A DNA stretch of 64,000 nt, taken from positions 32,001 to 96,000 of the forward strand of contig CAWDWO010000007.1 of NCBI GenBank assembly GCA_963806035.1, given 5' to 3'. A program made the position numbers and the translations under genes. This document shows, piece after piece, positions 51,142-61,302 of this stretch. Positions within the stretch are counted from its first letter, which is position 1. Each line of letters starts with the position of its first letter. The notes beneath the pieces were generated by a model. That model saw nothing but the letters and a program-made list of their open reading frames with translations. It was not told where the DNA came from and made no database searches. Origin of the DNA: Candidatus Krumholzibacteriota bacterium. GTDB lineage: Bacteria; Krumholzibacteriota; Krumholzibacteriia; JAJRXK01.

Positions 51142-52018
51142 GGCCCACCTTCTTGAGCAGGGGGAAACCCATCTCTTCCCGCTTGGCGACATAGGCTTTC
51201 GCGGCCAGGCGGGCGAGTCTGCGCACCCGTGCGATATAACCCGTGCGCTCGGTGACGCTTATGGCGCCGCAAGCTTCCAAGAGGTTGAAATAGTGACTGC
51301 ACTTGGTCACCGCATCGTAGCCGGGGAAGACCAGACCCTTTTCCAGAAGAATTTCCGCTTCCTTCTCCCGCTCCTCGAACCAACGAAAATAGAGTTTGGT
51401 GTCGACCCATTTGAAATTGAACTCGCTGAATTCACGCTCCGACTGGCCGTTCACCTCGCCCCAGGTAACGCCCCCTCCCCAATTCAGGTCCATGACGTGA
51501 TTGCAGTCCTGGATGTACATGGCCAGGCGCAAAAGGCCGTAGGTGAGTTCGCAGCTCACCGGCTCCAGTTCCAATCCACCACACTGCTGGAAATAGGTGA
51601 ACTGCGTGACTTCCATGCCGTCCAACCAGACTTCCCAGCCGAGCCCGGCCGCGCCCAGAGTCGGACTCTCCCAGTCGTCTTCCACGAAACGGACGTCGTG
51701 CGCTTTGGGATCGATTCCGATCGCGCTGAGACTGCTGAGATAGAGTTCTTGCACATCTTCCGGCGCCGGTTTGAGCAGCACCTGGTACTGCAGAAACTGC
51801 TGCACGCGATTCGGGTTTTCGCCGTAGCGGCCATCCTTGGGCCGCTTGGAGGGCTCGACGTAGGCAACGCGCCAGGGCTCGGGCCCCAGACACCGCAAGA
51901 AAGTGTTGGGATTGAATGTCCCCGCCCCCACCTCGGAGTTGTGGGGTTGCACGATGACGCAGCCCTGTGCCATCCAGAACCGCTGCAGTTCGTGGATCAT
52001 CTCCTGATAGCTTTTCAC
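51134..52018 (-). CDS. glyQ: Glycyl-tRNA synthetase alpha subunit
   Basis: [41 protein letters not shown]. Confidence 0.98.
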   Translation of the reverse strand: MKSYQEMIHELQRFWMAQGCVIVQPHNSEVGAGTFNPNTFLRCLGPEPWRVAYVEPSKRPKDGRYGENPNRVQQFLQYQVLLKPAPEDVQELYLSSLSAIGIDPKAHDVRFVEDDWESPTLGAAGLGWEVWLDGMEVTQFTYFQQCGGLELEPVSCELTYGLLRLAMYIQDCNHVMDLNWGGGVTWGEVNGQSEREFSEFNFKWVDTKLYFRWFEEREKEAEILLEKGLVFPGYDAVTKCSHYFNLLEACGAISVTERTGYIARVRRLARLAAKAYVAKREEMGFPLLKKVGRG

Positions 52019-52797
52019 TGCTTGGCTCCTCGTTCATCTTTGGGAACGCTGAGCCAGTACAGGGCCTTGGGAATACGATACTGGGGCAGGTGGTAGCTCA
52101 TGTGCAGATGAAGGCACTTGCCGATTTGCCTTCGTTGCTGCTCGCTCAACTCCATTGCGTTCTCTCCGTCCAGCGTCTGATCCAAGGCTCGCCAGGTGTA
52201 CAGCTCCTCGGCGTTTACCCTCTGCCCCTTGCCCAGGCTGCAGCGAGTGCAGCTCAAATCTCCCTCGTTGGGCCTGAAGAAGGCTGCGTCGCACTCCATC
52301 AGGGAAGCGCCACAAACTCCGCAAGCGTCTAACTTGATCCCCAACCCCAGATTCCACAAGAGCCGCGATTCCAGGGCGAAGAACAGGGCGGCCACGCCAG
52401 GGGAGCCCTCCTCGTGCCAGCGCTGCAAGTAGCCGCGGAAGACTGCCACGACTTCCGGGTCGGGTTCCCTTTCGGGTAGCAGACGATCCGCCAGTTCCAG
52501 GGCGGCGAGAAGGTAGGAGAGCTTATCCAGGCTGCTGGCTCCGGTCAAGACGGCCCGGATCAGGCTCGCCTCGCTGAGAGTCCAGAGTTCACGATCCTTG
52601 CGGGGATAGAACAGAAGCTCGACTTCGTTGCCGGGCTCGAGCACCCCCGTGAGCGGTGAGTTGGGCCTGCGTACGCCCTTCGCCACCACTTTGATCTTCC
52701 CGTGCTCTTTGCTGAGAGCGCTCACGATGCGAGAGCTCTCCCCCAACTTCAAGCTGCGGAGAACGACCGCCTCGTCCCGGCATACCCTGCCGCGCAT
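52015..52797 (-). CDS. recO: DNA repair protein RecO
   Basis: AVVLR...GE, GK...VAKG.R, zinc motif CGVCG...CTRC; located before glyQ. Confidence 0.92.
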   Translation of the reverse strand: MRGRVCRDEAVVLRSLKLGESSRIVSALSKEHGKIKVVAKGVRRPNSPLTGVLEPGNEVELLFYPRKDRELWTLSEASLIRAVLTGASSLDKLSYLLAALELADRLLPEREPDPEVVAVFRGYLQRWHEEGSPGVAALFFALESRLLWNLGLGIKLDACGVCGASLMECDAAFFRPNEGDLSCTRCSLGKGQRVNAEELYTWRALDQTLDGENAMELSEQQRRQIGKCLHLHMSYHLPQYRIPKALYWLSVPKDERGAKQ

Positions 52798-52823
52798 GAA
52801 CCCATCTCCTGAAGTCCGGAGGC

Positions 52824-54182
52824 TCAGAGGCCGAGAAATTTGTGAGCGAGACTCAAGTAGACCAGAAGTCCCAACACGTCGTTGCTCGTCGTGATAAAAG
52901 GACCAGTGGCCAGCGCCGGGTCGACTCCCATCCAATTCAGTATCAAGGGCACGATCGTCCCGATCGAAGTCGCGACCACGACGACGCACATCAGGGCCAT
53001 GCCGATCACGAAACCGACGGCAGGATCCTGCCGAAACAGGATCAGAGTCAGCACGAGGATGCCCCCGAGAAGAAAGCCGTTGAGCAATCCGACGAACACC
53101 TCACGCAGAACGTGCCGGCGCGCGCGGAAACGATCAAAATTGCCCGTGGCCAGCGCGCGAATGAGGTTGGACGAAGTCTGTACGCCGGAATTTCCCCCCG
53201 TCGCCATCACCAGCGGAATGAAGAACGCCAGGATCACCTTCACCTGAAGCCCCGCCTGAAAACGGGAGATCACCAGAGCCGAGAGCAACTCGCCCAGAAG
53301 GCCCATCATGAGCCAGGGCAGACGCGCCCTGGAGATGGCCTTCACCGAAGTCTGTCCAAACTCTTCCTCGCTGGAGCCGGCGAAGCGCGCCATGTCCTCG
53401 GTCGCTTCCTCCGTCATGACGTCGATCACGTCGTCGACGGTGATGCGACCCACCAAGCGGCGGTTGGTATCGACGACAGCCATCGAGAGCAAGTCTCGCC
53501 GAGCGAAGAGCTGAGCCACTTTCTCCTGATCCTCCATCACCTCGATGGAGACGGGATCGGGATTCATGACCGCGGCTGCCTTGGCGTTCGGATCGAGAAT
53601 GAACACCCTGACGACGGGAATCTGTCCCAGGAGCCGGCCGGCGGAATCGACTACGAACACGAATTGATGGCTGAGAAGCTCTTCCTCTCCGAGCTTTCTC
53701 AGGCCTTCGGCGATCTTACCAACCGTGTACTCCTGATTGACCGACAAGAACTCCTTGGCCATGACTCCGCCGGCGGAGTCCTCGGGATACCGCAACAGCT
53801 CGGAGAGTTCGACCGCGTCTTGATGGTCGACCTGGTCCAGGAGGTCGACCACGCGAAGCGCCTGGTCGTCCTCCATCTGGGCCACGACGTCGGCAGCGTC
53901 ATCGCTGTCGAGCGCATCGAGCATCCCCACGATTTCCTGGTCTTTGAGCAGATCCAATAGATCCGGCAGGCTGCGCTCGTCCAATTCGGTGAGGATCGCG
54001 GCCGCGACTTCCGCGGGAAGCAGTCTGAGCACCGCGACTTTGCGCTCGTGATCGAAGCCGCGCAGGATGTCGGCGACGTCGGCCGGAGTCCGATCCAGAA
54101 GGAGACGCGCCGCTCCGTCGACGTCCTCCGCATCGAAGCGCTCGAGGATCTGCTGGAAAAGAGGCTGAAGATCTTCGAGCAT
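52824..54182 (-). CDS. mgtE: Magnesium transporter MgtE
   Basis: DDAAD, YPEDSAGG.M, CBS pair, RLPWL, GGNSG.Q, DPALATGPFITT.ND. Confidence 0.96.
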   Translation of the reverse strand: MLEDLQPLFQQILERFDAEDVDGAARLLLDRTPADVADILRGFDHERKVAVLRLLPAEVAAAILTELDERSLPDLLDLLKDQEIVGMLDALDSDDAADVVAQMEDDQALRVVDLLDQVDHQDAVELSELLRYPEDSAGGVMAKEFLSVNQEYTVGKIAEGLRKLGEEELLSHQFVFVVDSAGRLLGQIPVVRVFILDPNAKAAAVMNPDPVSIEVMEDQEKVAQLFARRDLLSMAVVDTNRRLVGRITVDDVIDVMTEEATEDMARFAGSSEEEFGQTSVKAISRARLPWLMMGLLGELLSALVISRFQAGLQVKVILAFFIPLVMATGGNSGVQTSSNLIRALATGNFDRFRARRHVLREVFVGLLNGFLLGGILVLTLILFRQDPAVGFVIGMALMCVVVVATSIGTIVPLILNWMGVDPALATGPFITTSNDVLGLLVYLSLAHKFLGL

Positions 54183-54203
54183 CTCGCGCGTCCGGGCTAG
54201 GGT

Positions 54204-54875
54204 CTAGACATCGCTCAAGTCGGTAAGGCGCTCGGGATGATCGCCGATTCTCGCAAGAACCATCTCCCGGGCCCGCGGGGAGACCACCGCGCCGCCCGAA
54301 ATCACCATCTTGAGGCCCTCTTCGATGGAGATGTCTAGCTGAATAGCATCTTCGACGGGAATCAGCAAGAAATAGCCGCTGGTGGGGTTGGGCGTCGTGG
54401 GCAGGAAGATGTGATAGAGAGCTCTACCACCCGGGTTGTTCAACTCGTTGGTAACGAAGCCCAGGCTCCACGATCCACGGCGGGGATATTCGAAGAGGAC
54501 GACTTTCCGGAAGGCCCGGCTCTGGTCGGCGAAGAGCACCGTGGTGAGTTCCTTGGTGGCGGTGTAGATGCCCTTGAGAAAGGGAATGCGCGTCACCAGA
54601 CGATCGAAGGCACTCAGCACTGCCTTTCCGAAAAGGCTGTTGGCCGCCGCTCCCACCGCACTGATGACCAGGACGGCAGCCACCAGTCCGATGGCCGTAC
54701 CTGCGATTTGCGGCAGGTGACCGTGGAGCCATGGCGTGCGCGAGATCCCCGGTCCCAGCCATCCGTCGACCGTGCGCACGATGAACCACAGCACCCAGAA
54801 GGTCACCACGACGGGAATGACGACGACGAGCCCGGTGAGGAAGGCTCGACGAATGCTGCGCAACGGGCGCCTCAC
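54204..54875 (-). CDS. DUF502 family membrane protein
   Basis: FLTGL, RIP...IY, EYPR.G, PTTPNPTSG, ISGG. Confidence 0.92.
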   Translation of the reverse strand: MRRPLRSIRRAFLTGLVVVIPVVVTFWVLWFIVRTVDGWLGPGISRTPWLHGHLPQIAGTAIGLVAAVLVISAVGAAANSLFGKAVLSAFDRLVTRIPFLKGIYTATKELTTVLFADQSRAFRKVVLFEYPRRGSWSLGFVTNELNNPGGRALYHIFLPTTPNPTSGYFLLIPVEDAIQLDISIEEGLKMVISGGAVVSPRAREMVLARIGDHPERLTDLSDV

Positions 54876-56182
54876 GACTCCTGCTCCGGGGAACTCCCGT
54901 TGCCCTCTTCGCGAGGCGAGAGCACACGCTCGCTGACGAGCGTGACCTGGAGCATGCGCTGCCTTTCCACGCGATCGATGGTGAAGCGGAGGCCCTGGTA
55001 TTCCACGCCGTCTCCTCGACTCGGAACTTTCCCCAATTCCGCGTAGAGGAAACCACCGAGGGTGTCGCTATCCTCGGTGGGAAGAGCCAGCCCCAATTCC
55101 TCGTTCAAGTCATCGAGATCGATGCGAGGATCGAGGATCGCGTGGTGATCGTCGAGTACACGGATGCGCTCGCCTTCCTGGTCGAACTCATCGCGAATCT
55201 CGCCGACGATCTCCTCGAGAATGTCTTCCATGGTGACGATGCCCGCCGTCCCCCCGTACTCGTCGACCACGACCGCGAGATGAACCCTCTGTTCGCGAAA
55301 CTCGCGCAGGGCTTCGTCCACGCTTTTGCTCTCGGGCAAAAAGTGCACCGGACGCAAGAGTTGACGCAGCGTGGGCATCTCGCTCCTGGCGCGAGCGACC
55401 AGCAGATCCTTCGTGTGCAGGATGCCCAAGATCGTGTCCTGGTTCTGTTCCCACACCGGCAGACGCGTGTAGGGCTGGTTCACCGCGAAGCTCTCCGCAT
55501 CGGCGAAGCTCGTGTTCACGTCGAGACCCTGCACGTCCACCCTGGGCACCATGATCTCGCGGATTTCGGTGTCTCTCAAATCGAAGATGGAACGCACCAG
55601 GTCGCGCTCCTCCTCCTCCATTTCCACTTCGGCGTCCTCATCGGCAAGGATCGCGCGCAGCTCGCCTCCGCTCAGGGGTGGAGAGATGTCCATCGCACCC
55701 AGTTCCGGAGCTACTTTTGCCACAGAGAACCAGAGCAGACGAGTGAAGGGCGCGAACACGGCGAGAACGAGCGAAGCCAGCGGCAAGGTGGCGCGAGCGA
55801 AGGCCGCGGGACGGGAGAGAGCCAGCGACTTGAACAACAGGCTACCCAAAACCAGGAGCGCGAAGAACACGATCCAGGCCAGAATCCACAGGAGGGCGCG
55901 CCATTGCAGTGCTGCCAGAATTTTCGCAAGGAGCGCCGCGCTGAGACAGGCCACGACGAGATGCGAACTCGAAAGCGAAAGGAGCAGATCCTTGGACCGT
56001 GAGATGAGGCCCCTTATTGGCCGGGGCAGATCCTCGTCGCTCAGCAGTCCCTCGCGCCGCATTCGTAAGAGGGTCACGTAGGAGCTGATCATTCCGGCCA
56101 CTAGGAAGCAGAGCAAGAGCCCGCTGAAAAAGAGCAAGAGATCCGATCCGATGAGCCCGTGATCCAGATCGCCTTCGTTCAC
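54872..56182 (-). CDS. CNNM/CorC (HlyC-like) CBS-domain membrane protein
   Basis: TM region, EIMVPRVD, TRLPV, VVDEYGGTAGIVTMEDILEEIVGEI.DE, TLGG. Confidence 0.93.
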   Translation of the reverse strand: MNEGDLDHGLIGSDLLLFFSGLLLCFLVAGMISSYVTLLRMRREGLLSDEDLPRPIRGLISRSKDLLLSLSSSHLVVACLSAALLAKILAALQWRALLWILAWIVFFALLVLGSLLFKSLALSRPAAFARATLPLASLVLAVFAPFTRLLWFSVAKVAPELGAMDISPPLSGGELRAILADEDAEVEMEEEERDLVRSIFDLRDTEIREIMVPRVDVQGLDVNTSFADAESFAVNQPYTRLPVWEQNQDTILGILHTKDLLVARARSEMPTLRQLLRPVHFLPESKSVDEALREFREQRVHLAVVVDEYGGTAGIVTMEDILEEIVGEIRDEFDQEGERIRVLDDHHAILDPRIDLDDLNEELGLALPTEDSDTLGGFLYAELGKVPSRGDGVEYQGLRFTIDRVERQRMLQVTLVSERVLSPREEGNGSSPEQES

Positions 56183-56709
56183 CTACTCGCTCCTCCTTCT
56201 GATCCTCCGAGAGGCTCTTCTCGAGGGGCCCTGAGAATTGTTTCCTGTGCGTCTTCCATCTCCTGAGCATCCTCATCGTTCATGTGGTCGTACCCGAGAG
56301 TATGAAGCATGCCGTGGATCGCGAGAAACTGGAATTCTTCGCCGTCACCGTGATCGCGCCGGATGTCTCTATTTTGCATGGTCTCCACGCTGATGAGAAC
56401 CTGGCCGACCACGATCTCCTCTTCCTGCGATTCGGGACTGAAATCGCGCGCCTGTCGTTTCCCCTGCAGCAGATCCCGCCGAAAGCTCTCGTGCCCCTCC
56501 AGATAGGAGAAGGAAAGTACGTCAGTCGCTCGATCCTTGTTGCGATAGTCGCGATTGAGCCGGCGGATCACCCGGTCGTCGGTGAGCACGACTTCTAGAA
56601 TCCCGTCGGAGGGGCCGAAACCGGCGATCAAGCGACGCAGTTGGTTCTCTGCTTCAACGTCTGGTAGCCACGGAGTCCTGTCCCCGTCGACCGCGAGCTC
56701 GAGTCTCAA
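56179..56709 (-). CDS. ybeY: rRNA maturation RNase YbeY
   Basis: LNRDYRNKDRATDVLSF, HGMLHTLGYDH. TTG start with AAGGAG SD, overlapping the upstream gene by 56 nt. Confidence 0.92.
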   Translation of the reverse strand: MRLELAVDGDRTPWLPDVEAENQLRRLIAGFGPSDGILEVVLTDDRVIRRLNRDYRNKDRATDVLSFSYLEGHESFRRDLLQGKRQARDFSPESQEEEIVVGQVLISVETMQNRDIRRDHGDGEEFQFLAIHGMLHTLGYDHMNDEDAQEMEDAQETILRAPREEPLGGSEGGASR

Positions 56710-58945
56710 TGCTCTCCTTCTCCTTCTTGTCCTCATGCTCCTTCTGGCCGGGATAGGCAACACGTTGGTGATGAATCCCCACCAGGATCGGCACGAAGGC
56801 CTCTCGAACTCGCGCCAGGTCGCGCATGGTCAGATTGCAGTCGTCGAGCTCGCCTTCTTCCATTCTCCGCTCGAGGATTCCCTTGACCATTTCCCTGATT
56901 CGGCTGGGAGTGGGCCGGCGCAGCGAGCGCGTGCTCGCCTCGACCCCGTCAGCCAGCATGACGATGGCCGTTTCCTTGGACTGAGGTTTGGGGCCGGGAT
57001 AGCGGAAGTCCTCGACTTTCACCGCGCCGCCGTCATCGCGTTCGAGCGCCTTGTGATAGAAATAGCGCATCACGCTCGTTCCGTGGTGCTCGGGAATGAA
57101 GTCGGTCACGTCCTTGGGCAGCCCCCACTGGCGCCCCAGCTCGACACCGTCCTTCACGTGAGCTGCGATGACCAAAGCGCTCATGCGCGGAGACAGATCG
57201 TCGTGAGCGTTGGGCCCGCCCTTTTGATTCTCCACGTAGTAGCGGGGTTTGAGGAGCTTGCCGATGTCGTGGTAGTTCGCCCCGACTCGGGTTCGCAGAG
57301 AGTTGGCGCCGATCGCGCGACTGGCTGCCTCCGCGAGAGTCCCCACCACTTGGCTGTGGTGGAAAGTGCCGGGAGATTCCAGGGCCATTCTGCGCAAAAG
57401 CGGGTGATTGAGATCGCTCAGCTCGAGCAGGGTGAGATCGGTCGTGATCTCGAAGATGCTCTCGAACACCGGCAAGAGGAAGAGGGCCAGGGCCGTGCTG
57501 ACGATCCCACTGCCGATACCCCAGAGAACGGGACGCACCCACTCTCTGAGACTGTTGGCCTGTCCCAGCTGCAGCGCCCCGACCGATATCAGATAACCGA
57601 TCGAGACCACTCCGATCGCTTTGTAGAATTGATTGCGATTTCTCACTCGCCTCACCATGCGCATCGCGATGGCGCCGGCGACGATCCAGACCAGAAGGGT
57701 CGAGGCCGGAATGCTGGGCAAAAGCGCGATGAGAAGAACCGAGCTCATGAGCATTCTCGCGGCGGGACCCTCCCCGTGCAGAATCGTGGCCAGCATGACC
57801 AACATGACGATGGGAACCGCAATCGGTCCGAAGGTCCCGCGGCTCAACGCGAGCCAGGTGAACAGGAGATAGAGCGCGAGGAGCACGCAGAGCGCGAGAA
57901 AACGCCGGTAGTCGCTGAGCTGTTTCTTGTGTCGTCCACTCAAGCTCAAGCAGAGTCCGAGCAGGAGGGAGAGCACCAGAATTGCGCGCCCGGTGCGCAG
58001 CCGCAGCGCAATGCCCTTGTTCGAGGCAAATGCGCGCTCGCGGCGCGCCTCCTCGAGTGCGGTCAATACCGCAAGGTCTTCGCGATTCACGCGCACGCCG
58101 CTGTCCAGAATCCGCTCGTTGCGCGCGAACTCCCGGTTGGTGGGCACTTCCGCCACCGCGACACTTCTCTGCTCCTCGGTGCGCGCGTCGTCGTAGGACA
58201 GATTGGGGGTGAGCAGGTAGGCCAGGATCGCGGCGGCGGCGGCCTTCTCGTCCGCGCGGCGGAAAAAAGCGCCGGCTTCCTTGCGCGCTGCCTCGCCCTG
58301 GCGATACCCCAAGACGAGGTCATCGACCTCTTCCACCCTGTCTTCCAGACTGTCCGGATCGATGACGTGGACGAGGCTGTAGTTGCCTCGCGGAGTGGTA
58401 TCCACGATGCCGCGTTCCAGCAGCTTGTCGGCCAGGCTCGCGATCGCATTCGACTTGCTCTCGGTGCCGCCGTTCACCAGCCAGCGCAAGTACTGGGCGC
58501 CAATCCCGCGAAACTCGGATTGAAGGAGCGATACTTTCTTCGCCAGAGTGAGACTGTCCGAGGCGGCCAGGAACTTGGCGCGAGTCAAGAATCGCGCGAC
58601 TTCCTCCTTCGAGTGCTTTTCCGCTTCGGTCTCTCTCATGTAGACCGGCTCGACTCGCCGTGAAGCTTCGAGCCGCGCGGCCTCCAACTCCCGGCGCGGC
58701 CGGGGCGCGCTGAAAGCGAAGGGGGCACGGATCTCATGCTCGGTGATGTCTCCCACTTCCAGCTTGAGGCTGGGTGCGCTCCGGATCGGCGGAAAGAGCA
58801 AGAGGTGCAGGGCGGTGATCGCCAAAAGAGGGAGACCGTACGCGAGCACGAGACGGAAGCTCAATCGCTCCCGCCACCAATTGGTACCCGGGTCGCGCGC
58901 TTCGACCTGTGCGGTTCTTCGCAGTGCCTGACGCCACGATCTCAT
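56654..58945 (-). CDS. 7TM-HD phosphohydrolase (PgpH/YqfF-like, putative c-di-AMP phosphodiesterase)
   Basis: Extracellular domain, 7 TM, LLELSD...PGTFHHS, YHDIGK, EHHGT, FRYPGPKPQ.KE..IVMLAD. Confidence 0.92.
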   Translation of the reverse strand: MRSWRQALRRTAQVEARDPGTNWWRERLSFRLVLAYGLPLLAITALHLLLFPPIRSAPSLKLEVGDITEHEIRAPFAFSAPRPRRELEAARLEASRRVEPVYMRETEAEKHSKEEVARFLTRAKFLAASDSLTLAKKVSLLQSEFRGIGAQYLRWLVNGGTESKSNAIASLADKLLERGIVDTTPRGNYSLVHVIDPDSLEDRVEEVDDLVLGYRQGEAARKEAGAFFRRADEKAAAAAILAYLLTPNLSYDDARTEEQRSVAVAEVPTNREFARNERILDSGVRVNREDLAVLTALEEARRERAFASNKGIALRLRTGRAILVLSLLLGLCLSLSGRHKKQLSDYRRFLALCVLLALYLLFTWLALSRGTFGPIAVPIVMLVMLATILHGEGPAARMLMSSVLLIALLPSIPASTLLVWIVAGAIAMRMVRRVRNRNQFYKAIGVVSIGYLISVGALQLGQANSLREWVRPVLWGIGSGIVSTALALFLLPVFESIFEITTDLTLLELSDLNHPLLRRMALESPGTFHHSQVVGTLAEAASRAIGANSLRTRVGANYHDIGKLLKPRYYVENQKGGPNAHDDLSPRMSALVIAAHVKDGVELGRQWGLPKDVTDFIPEHHGTSVMRYFYHKALERDDGGAVKVEDFRYPGPKPQSKETAIVMLADGVEASTRSLRRPTPSRIREMVKGILERRMEEGELDDCNLTMRDLARVREAFVPILVGIHHQRVAYPGQKEHEDKKEKESIETRARGRRGQDSVATRR

Positions 58946-59931
58946 TGCGAAGCCTCCGGAGTGCCCGCGCCGTTCCTCTGTCCGTTCGAGGCGGCGTTTT
59001 CCTCGAAAGCCGCTACGATTCGACGTACCAGAGGATGGCGAACCACGTCTCGCTCGTCGAGATCGATGAAGCTCACTCCCGGCACGTCCTGGATGATGGA
59101 GCGAACCCGCACGAGCCCACTGGTCTCGGGCTGAGTGATGTCGATCTGGGTGATGTCACCGGTGACGATGGCCCGGGTCCCTTCGCCAATGCGGGTGAGA
59201 AACATCTTCATCTGGCCCAGGGTCGTGTTTTGTCCTTCGTCCAAGATGACGAAGGCGTGATTCAGGGTCCGGCCTCTCATGTAGGCCAGTGGAGCCACTT
59301 CGATGGTCCCGTTTGCCAAGAGGCGCGTCAGACGAGAAGTCCCCAGGCACTCGCTCAGGGCATCGTGCAGAGGACGCAGATAGGGATCCACTTTTTCCTG
59401 TAGGTCCCCCGGCAAAAAGCCGAGTTGCTCGCCCGCCTCCACCGCGGGACGTACGAGGAAGATCCTCTCCACTTCCCGGTTCTGCAGGGCCATGAGCGCC
59501 AGGACCACGGCAAGATAGGTCTTTCCCGTCCCCGCCGGACCCACGGCGAAGACCACGTCGTGATCTCGAATCGCCTCGAGATAGCGCGCCTGGCCTCGAG
59601 TGCGCGCATGAATGGTGACGCGCTGTTTCCCATTCAGATGGATGCCTTCGGCCACCGCACCGCGCAGCTTGGGGGCCTCGCCCGCCAAGATCCGATCGAT
59701 GCTCTCCGGATCGATACGCCGGCCCTCTTGCGCCCAACGCAGAACCTCGCCCATGGCCTTCTCCATGGCGTCGACGCGCCCCGGTTCACCTTGGAGGATG
59801 AGGGTATCACCGCGCACCACGAGCGTGCCTTCGAAACGCTCTTCCAGACGCCGTAGGTTGGCGTCCTGGTGGCCCAGAAAATCGAGGAGGTCCAGGCCCT
59901 TCAGGGAAATGGTGGTTCGCTTCTCGTTCAT
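58942..59931 (-). CDS. phoH: PhoH family ATPase
   Basis: GPAGTGKTYLA, RPAVEAGE.LGFLPG, AYMRGRTL, DEGQN, GD.TQID, DVVRHPLV. Confidence 0.95.
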   Translation of the reverse strand: MNEKRTTISLKGLDLLDFLGHQDANLRRLEERFEGTLVVRGDTLILQGEPGRVDAMEKAMGEVLRWAQEGRRIDPESIDRILAGEAPKLRGAVAEGIHLNGKQRVTIHARTRGQARYLEAIRDHDVVFAVGPAGTGKTYLAVVLALMALQNREVERIFLVRPAVEAGEQLGFLPGDLQEKVDPYLRPLHDALSECLGTSRLTRLLANGTIEVAPLAYMRGRTLNHAFVILDEGQNTTLGQMKMFLTRIGEGTRAIVTGDITQIDITQPETSGLVRVRSIIQDVPGVSFIDLDERDVVRHPLVRRIVAAFEENAASNGQRNGAGTPEASQ

Positions 59932-60013
59932 CGAGGGCGGCGCCGCGGCAAATGGGGAACTCCAAAAGGCCCGGTTACGGGCGCTGGCGATCGTCCGAGG
60001 AGTCCCTGGCTGA

Positions 60014-60042
60014 AAGTTATCCCAGTTCCCAGGGCCCTGCAA
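60014..60042 (-). promoter_or_regulatory. Sigma70 promoter candidate for the phoH operon
   Basis: TTGCAG, 17 bp, TAACTT. Confidence 0.4.
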
Positions 60043-60101
60043 GCCACGAGGCAGCAGGGTACGTGCCGAGAAGACCCCTTTTGCGGCGCGAAGACGACGA
60101 A

Positions 60102-60127
60102 GCGCCCCCGGCTCTTGCCGGGGGCGC
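60102..60127 (-). terminator. Hairpin terminator candidate after the LysM gene
   Basis: Perfect 11-bp GC stem with 4-nt loop, followed by TTCGTCGTCTT on the minus strand (weak U-tract). Confidence 0.55.
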
Positions 60128-60158
60128 CAAGGACGCATGGAGCGAGCGCGCTCAGAGG

Positions 60159-60866
60159 CTAGTCGCGCGGAATCCGCAGCTTCCAGCCGGGCCAGATGAT
60201 GTCAGGATCGCTGATTTGATCCTTGTTGGCCTCGTAGAGCTTGGTCCACTGCGCGGGATCGTTGTAGACCTCCCAGTACCAGGCGATCTTGCCCAAATAC
60301 TCGTCCGGCTGCACCGTCCAGGTGGTCGGCCAGTCGCGCGGGATGGTCAATTCCCAACCAGGGTAGATCAAATTGGGATCCTCGATCTTGTCCTTGTTCG
60401 CACGGTAGATCCGTGGCCACTTCAGAGGATCCGCGTAGATCTGGTCCATGGCCGAGATGCCATAGAGGAACTCGCCATCTTTCACGGTCCAGACCTTCGG
60501 CAGGTTCTCGTAGTAGTCGATCTCTTTTTGAACCGCGTCGATATCGGACTTCTTCTGACCGTACTGATCCTCGAGCTTCTTGATGTCGGAATCCAGCGAA
60601 GCGGTCTGCGCCTTGAGCTTCTGCGTTTCGCCGTTCACTTCCTGTGACTTCTGCCCGAGATTCGCGAGCTCCTGATCCAAAGAAGCGCAGTAGTCGGAGT
60701 ACTGATCCTTGCTCAGCTTCTGCACCTCTTCGGGGGTGTAATAATCGCCTGCCGTGACATCGACCTGACGGTCAACACCCGAGGAACAAGCGGTGAGTGC
60801 CATGAGTCCGACAGCAACCAGGGAGAGCCCAGCGCGGCGGATGATCTGCTGCTTCATGTTGATCAT
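60159..60866 (-). CDS. Lipoprotein with coiled coil and two LysM domains
   Basis: Lipobox LTAC; 'WTVKDGEFLYGIS...WPRIYRANKDKIEDPNLIYPG' and a second similar unit. Confidence 0.9.
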   Translation of the reverse strand: MINMKQQIIRRAGLSLVAVGLMALTACSSGVDRQVDVTAGDYYTPEEVQKLSKDQYSDYCASLDQELANLGQKSQEVNGETQKLKAQTASLDSDIKKLEDQYGQKKSDIDAVQKEIDYYENLPKVWTVKDGEFLYGISAMDQIYADPLKWPRIYRANKDKIEDPNLIYPGWELTIPRDWPTTWTVQPDEYLGKIAWYWEVYNDPAQWTKLYEANKDQISDPDIIWPGWKLRIPRD

Positions 60867-60884
60867 TCCTTTCCGGCTTGGGGC

Positions 60885-61163
60885 CTAGCGGCCGCTGCCC
60901 TTCTTGAGTGTTTCCAGCTGCGAGTCCAACTCGCTCTTGTCGGGCAAGTTCTCGAGCTTCTTCTGAAGATCCGCTTGCTTGGACTTCTCCGTCTCCAGCT
61001 GGGCCTTCGCGGAGTCCAACTGTCCTTGTGCCGTCTGCAGCTCCGAGCGAGCGCTTTCGATTTGTGACGGATCCGTCGCACAGGGTTGGTTCTTGGAGCA
61101 ACCAGTGACGAAAAGCGCCAAACCGATCGTGCAAACGGTGACGAGCCTGATGATGTTCTTCAA
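60885..61163 (-). CDS. Small coiled-coil lipoprotein (92 aa)
   Basis: GGAGG SD, lipobox VTGC, heptad-patterned mature region. Confidence 0.8.
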   Translation of the reverse strand: MKNIIRLVTVCTIGLALFVTGCSKNQPCATDPSQIESARSELQTAQGQLDSAKAQLETEKSKQADLQKKLENLPDKSELDSQLETLKKGSGR

Positions 61164-61274
61164 GCCCGTTGCACCTCCTCTCGCGCCACTTCATTCTGAG
61201 GGCGCAAACGTTGGATCCCGACAAAACGCCCTAATTGCGTCCTGACGGTGATCGTTCTTCACGATTTCCTCGCC

Positions 61275-61302
61275 AACATAACCTCAGCCGGAATACTGTC
61301 AA
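61275..61302 (-). promoter_or_regulatory. Sigma70 promoter candidate for the lipoprotein pair
   Basis: TTGACA, 16 bp, TATGTT at the aspS 3' end. Confidence 0.5.

Noticed and set aside
54872..56182. 'Hemolysin' virulence factor
   Set aside because: CNNM/CorC family Mg transporter in a housekeeping operon.
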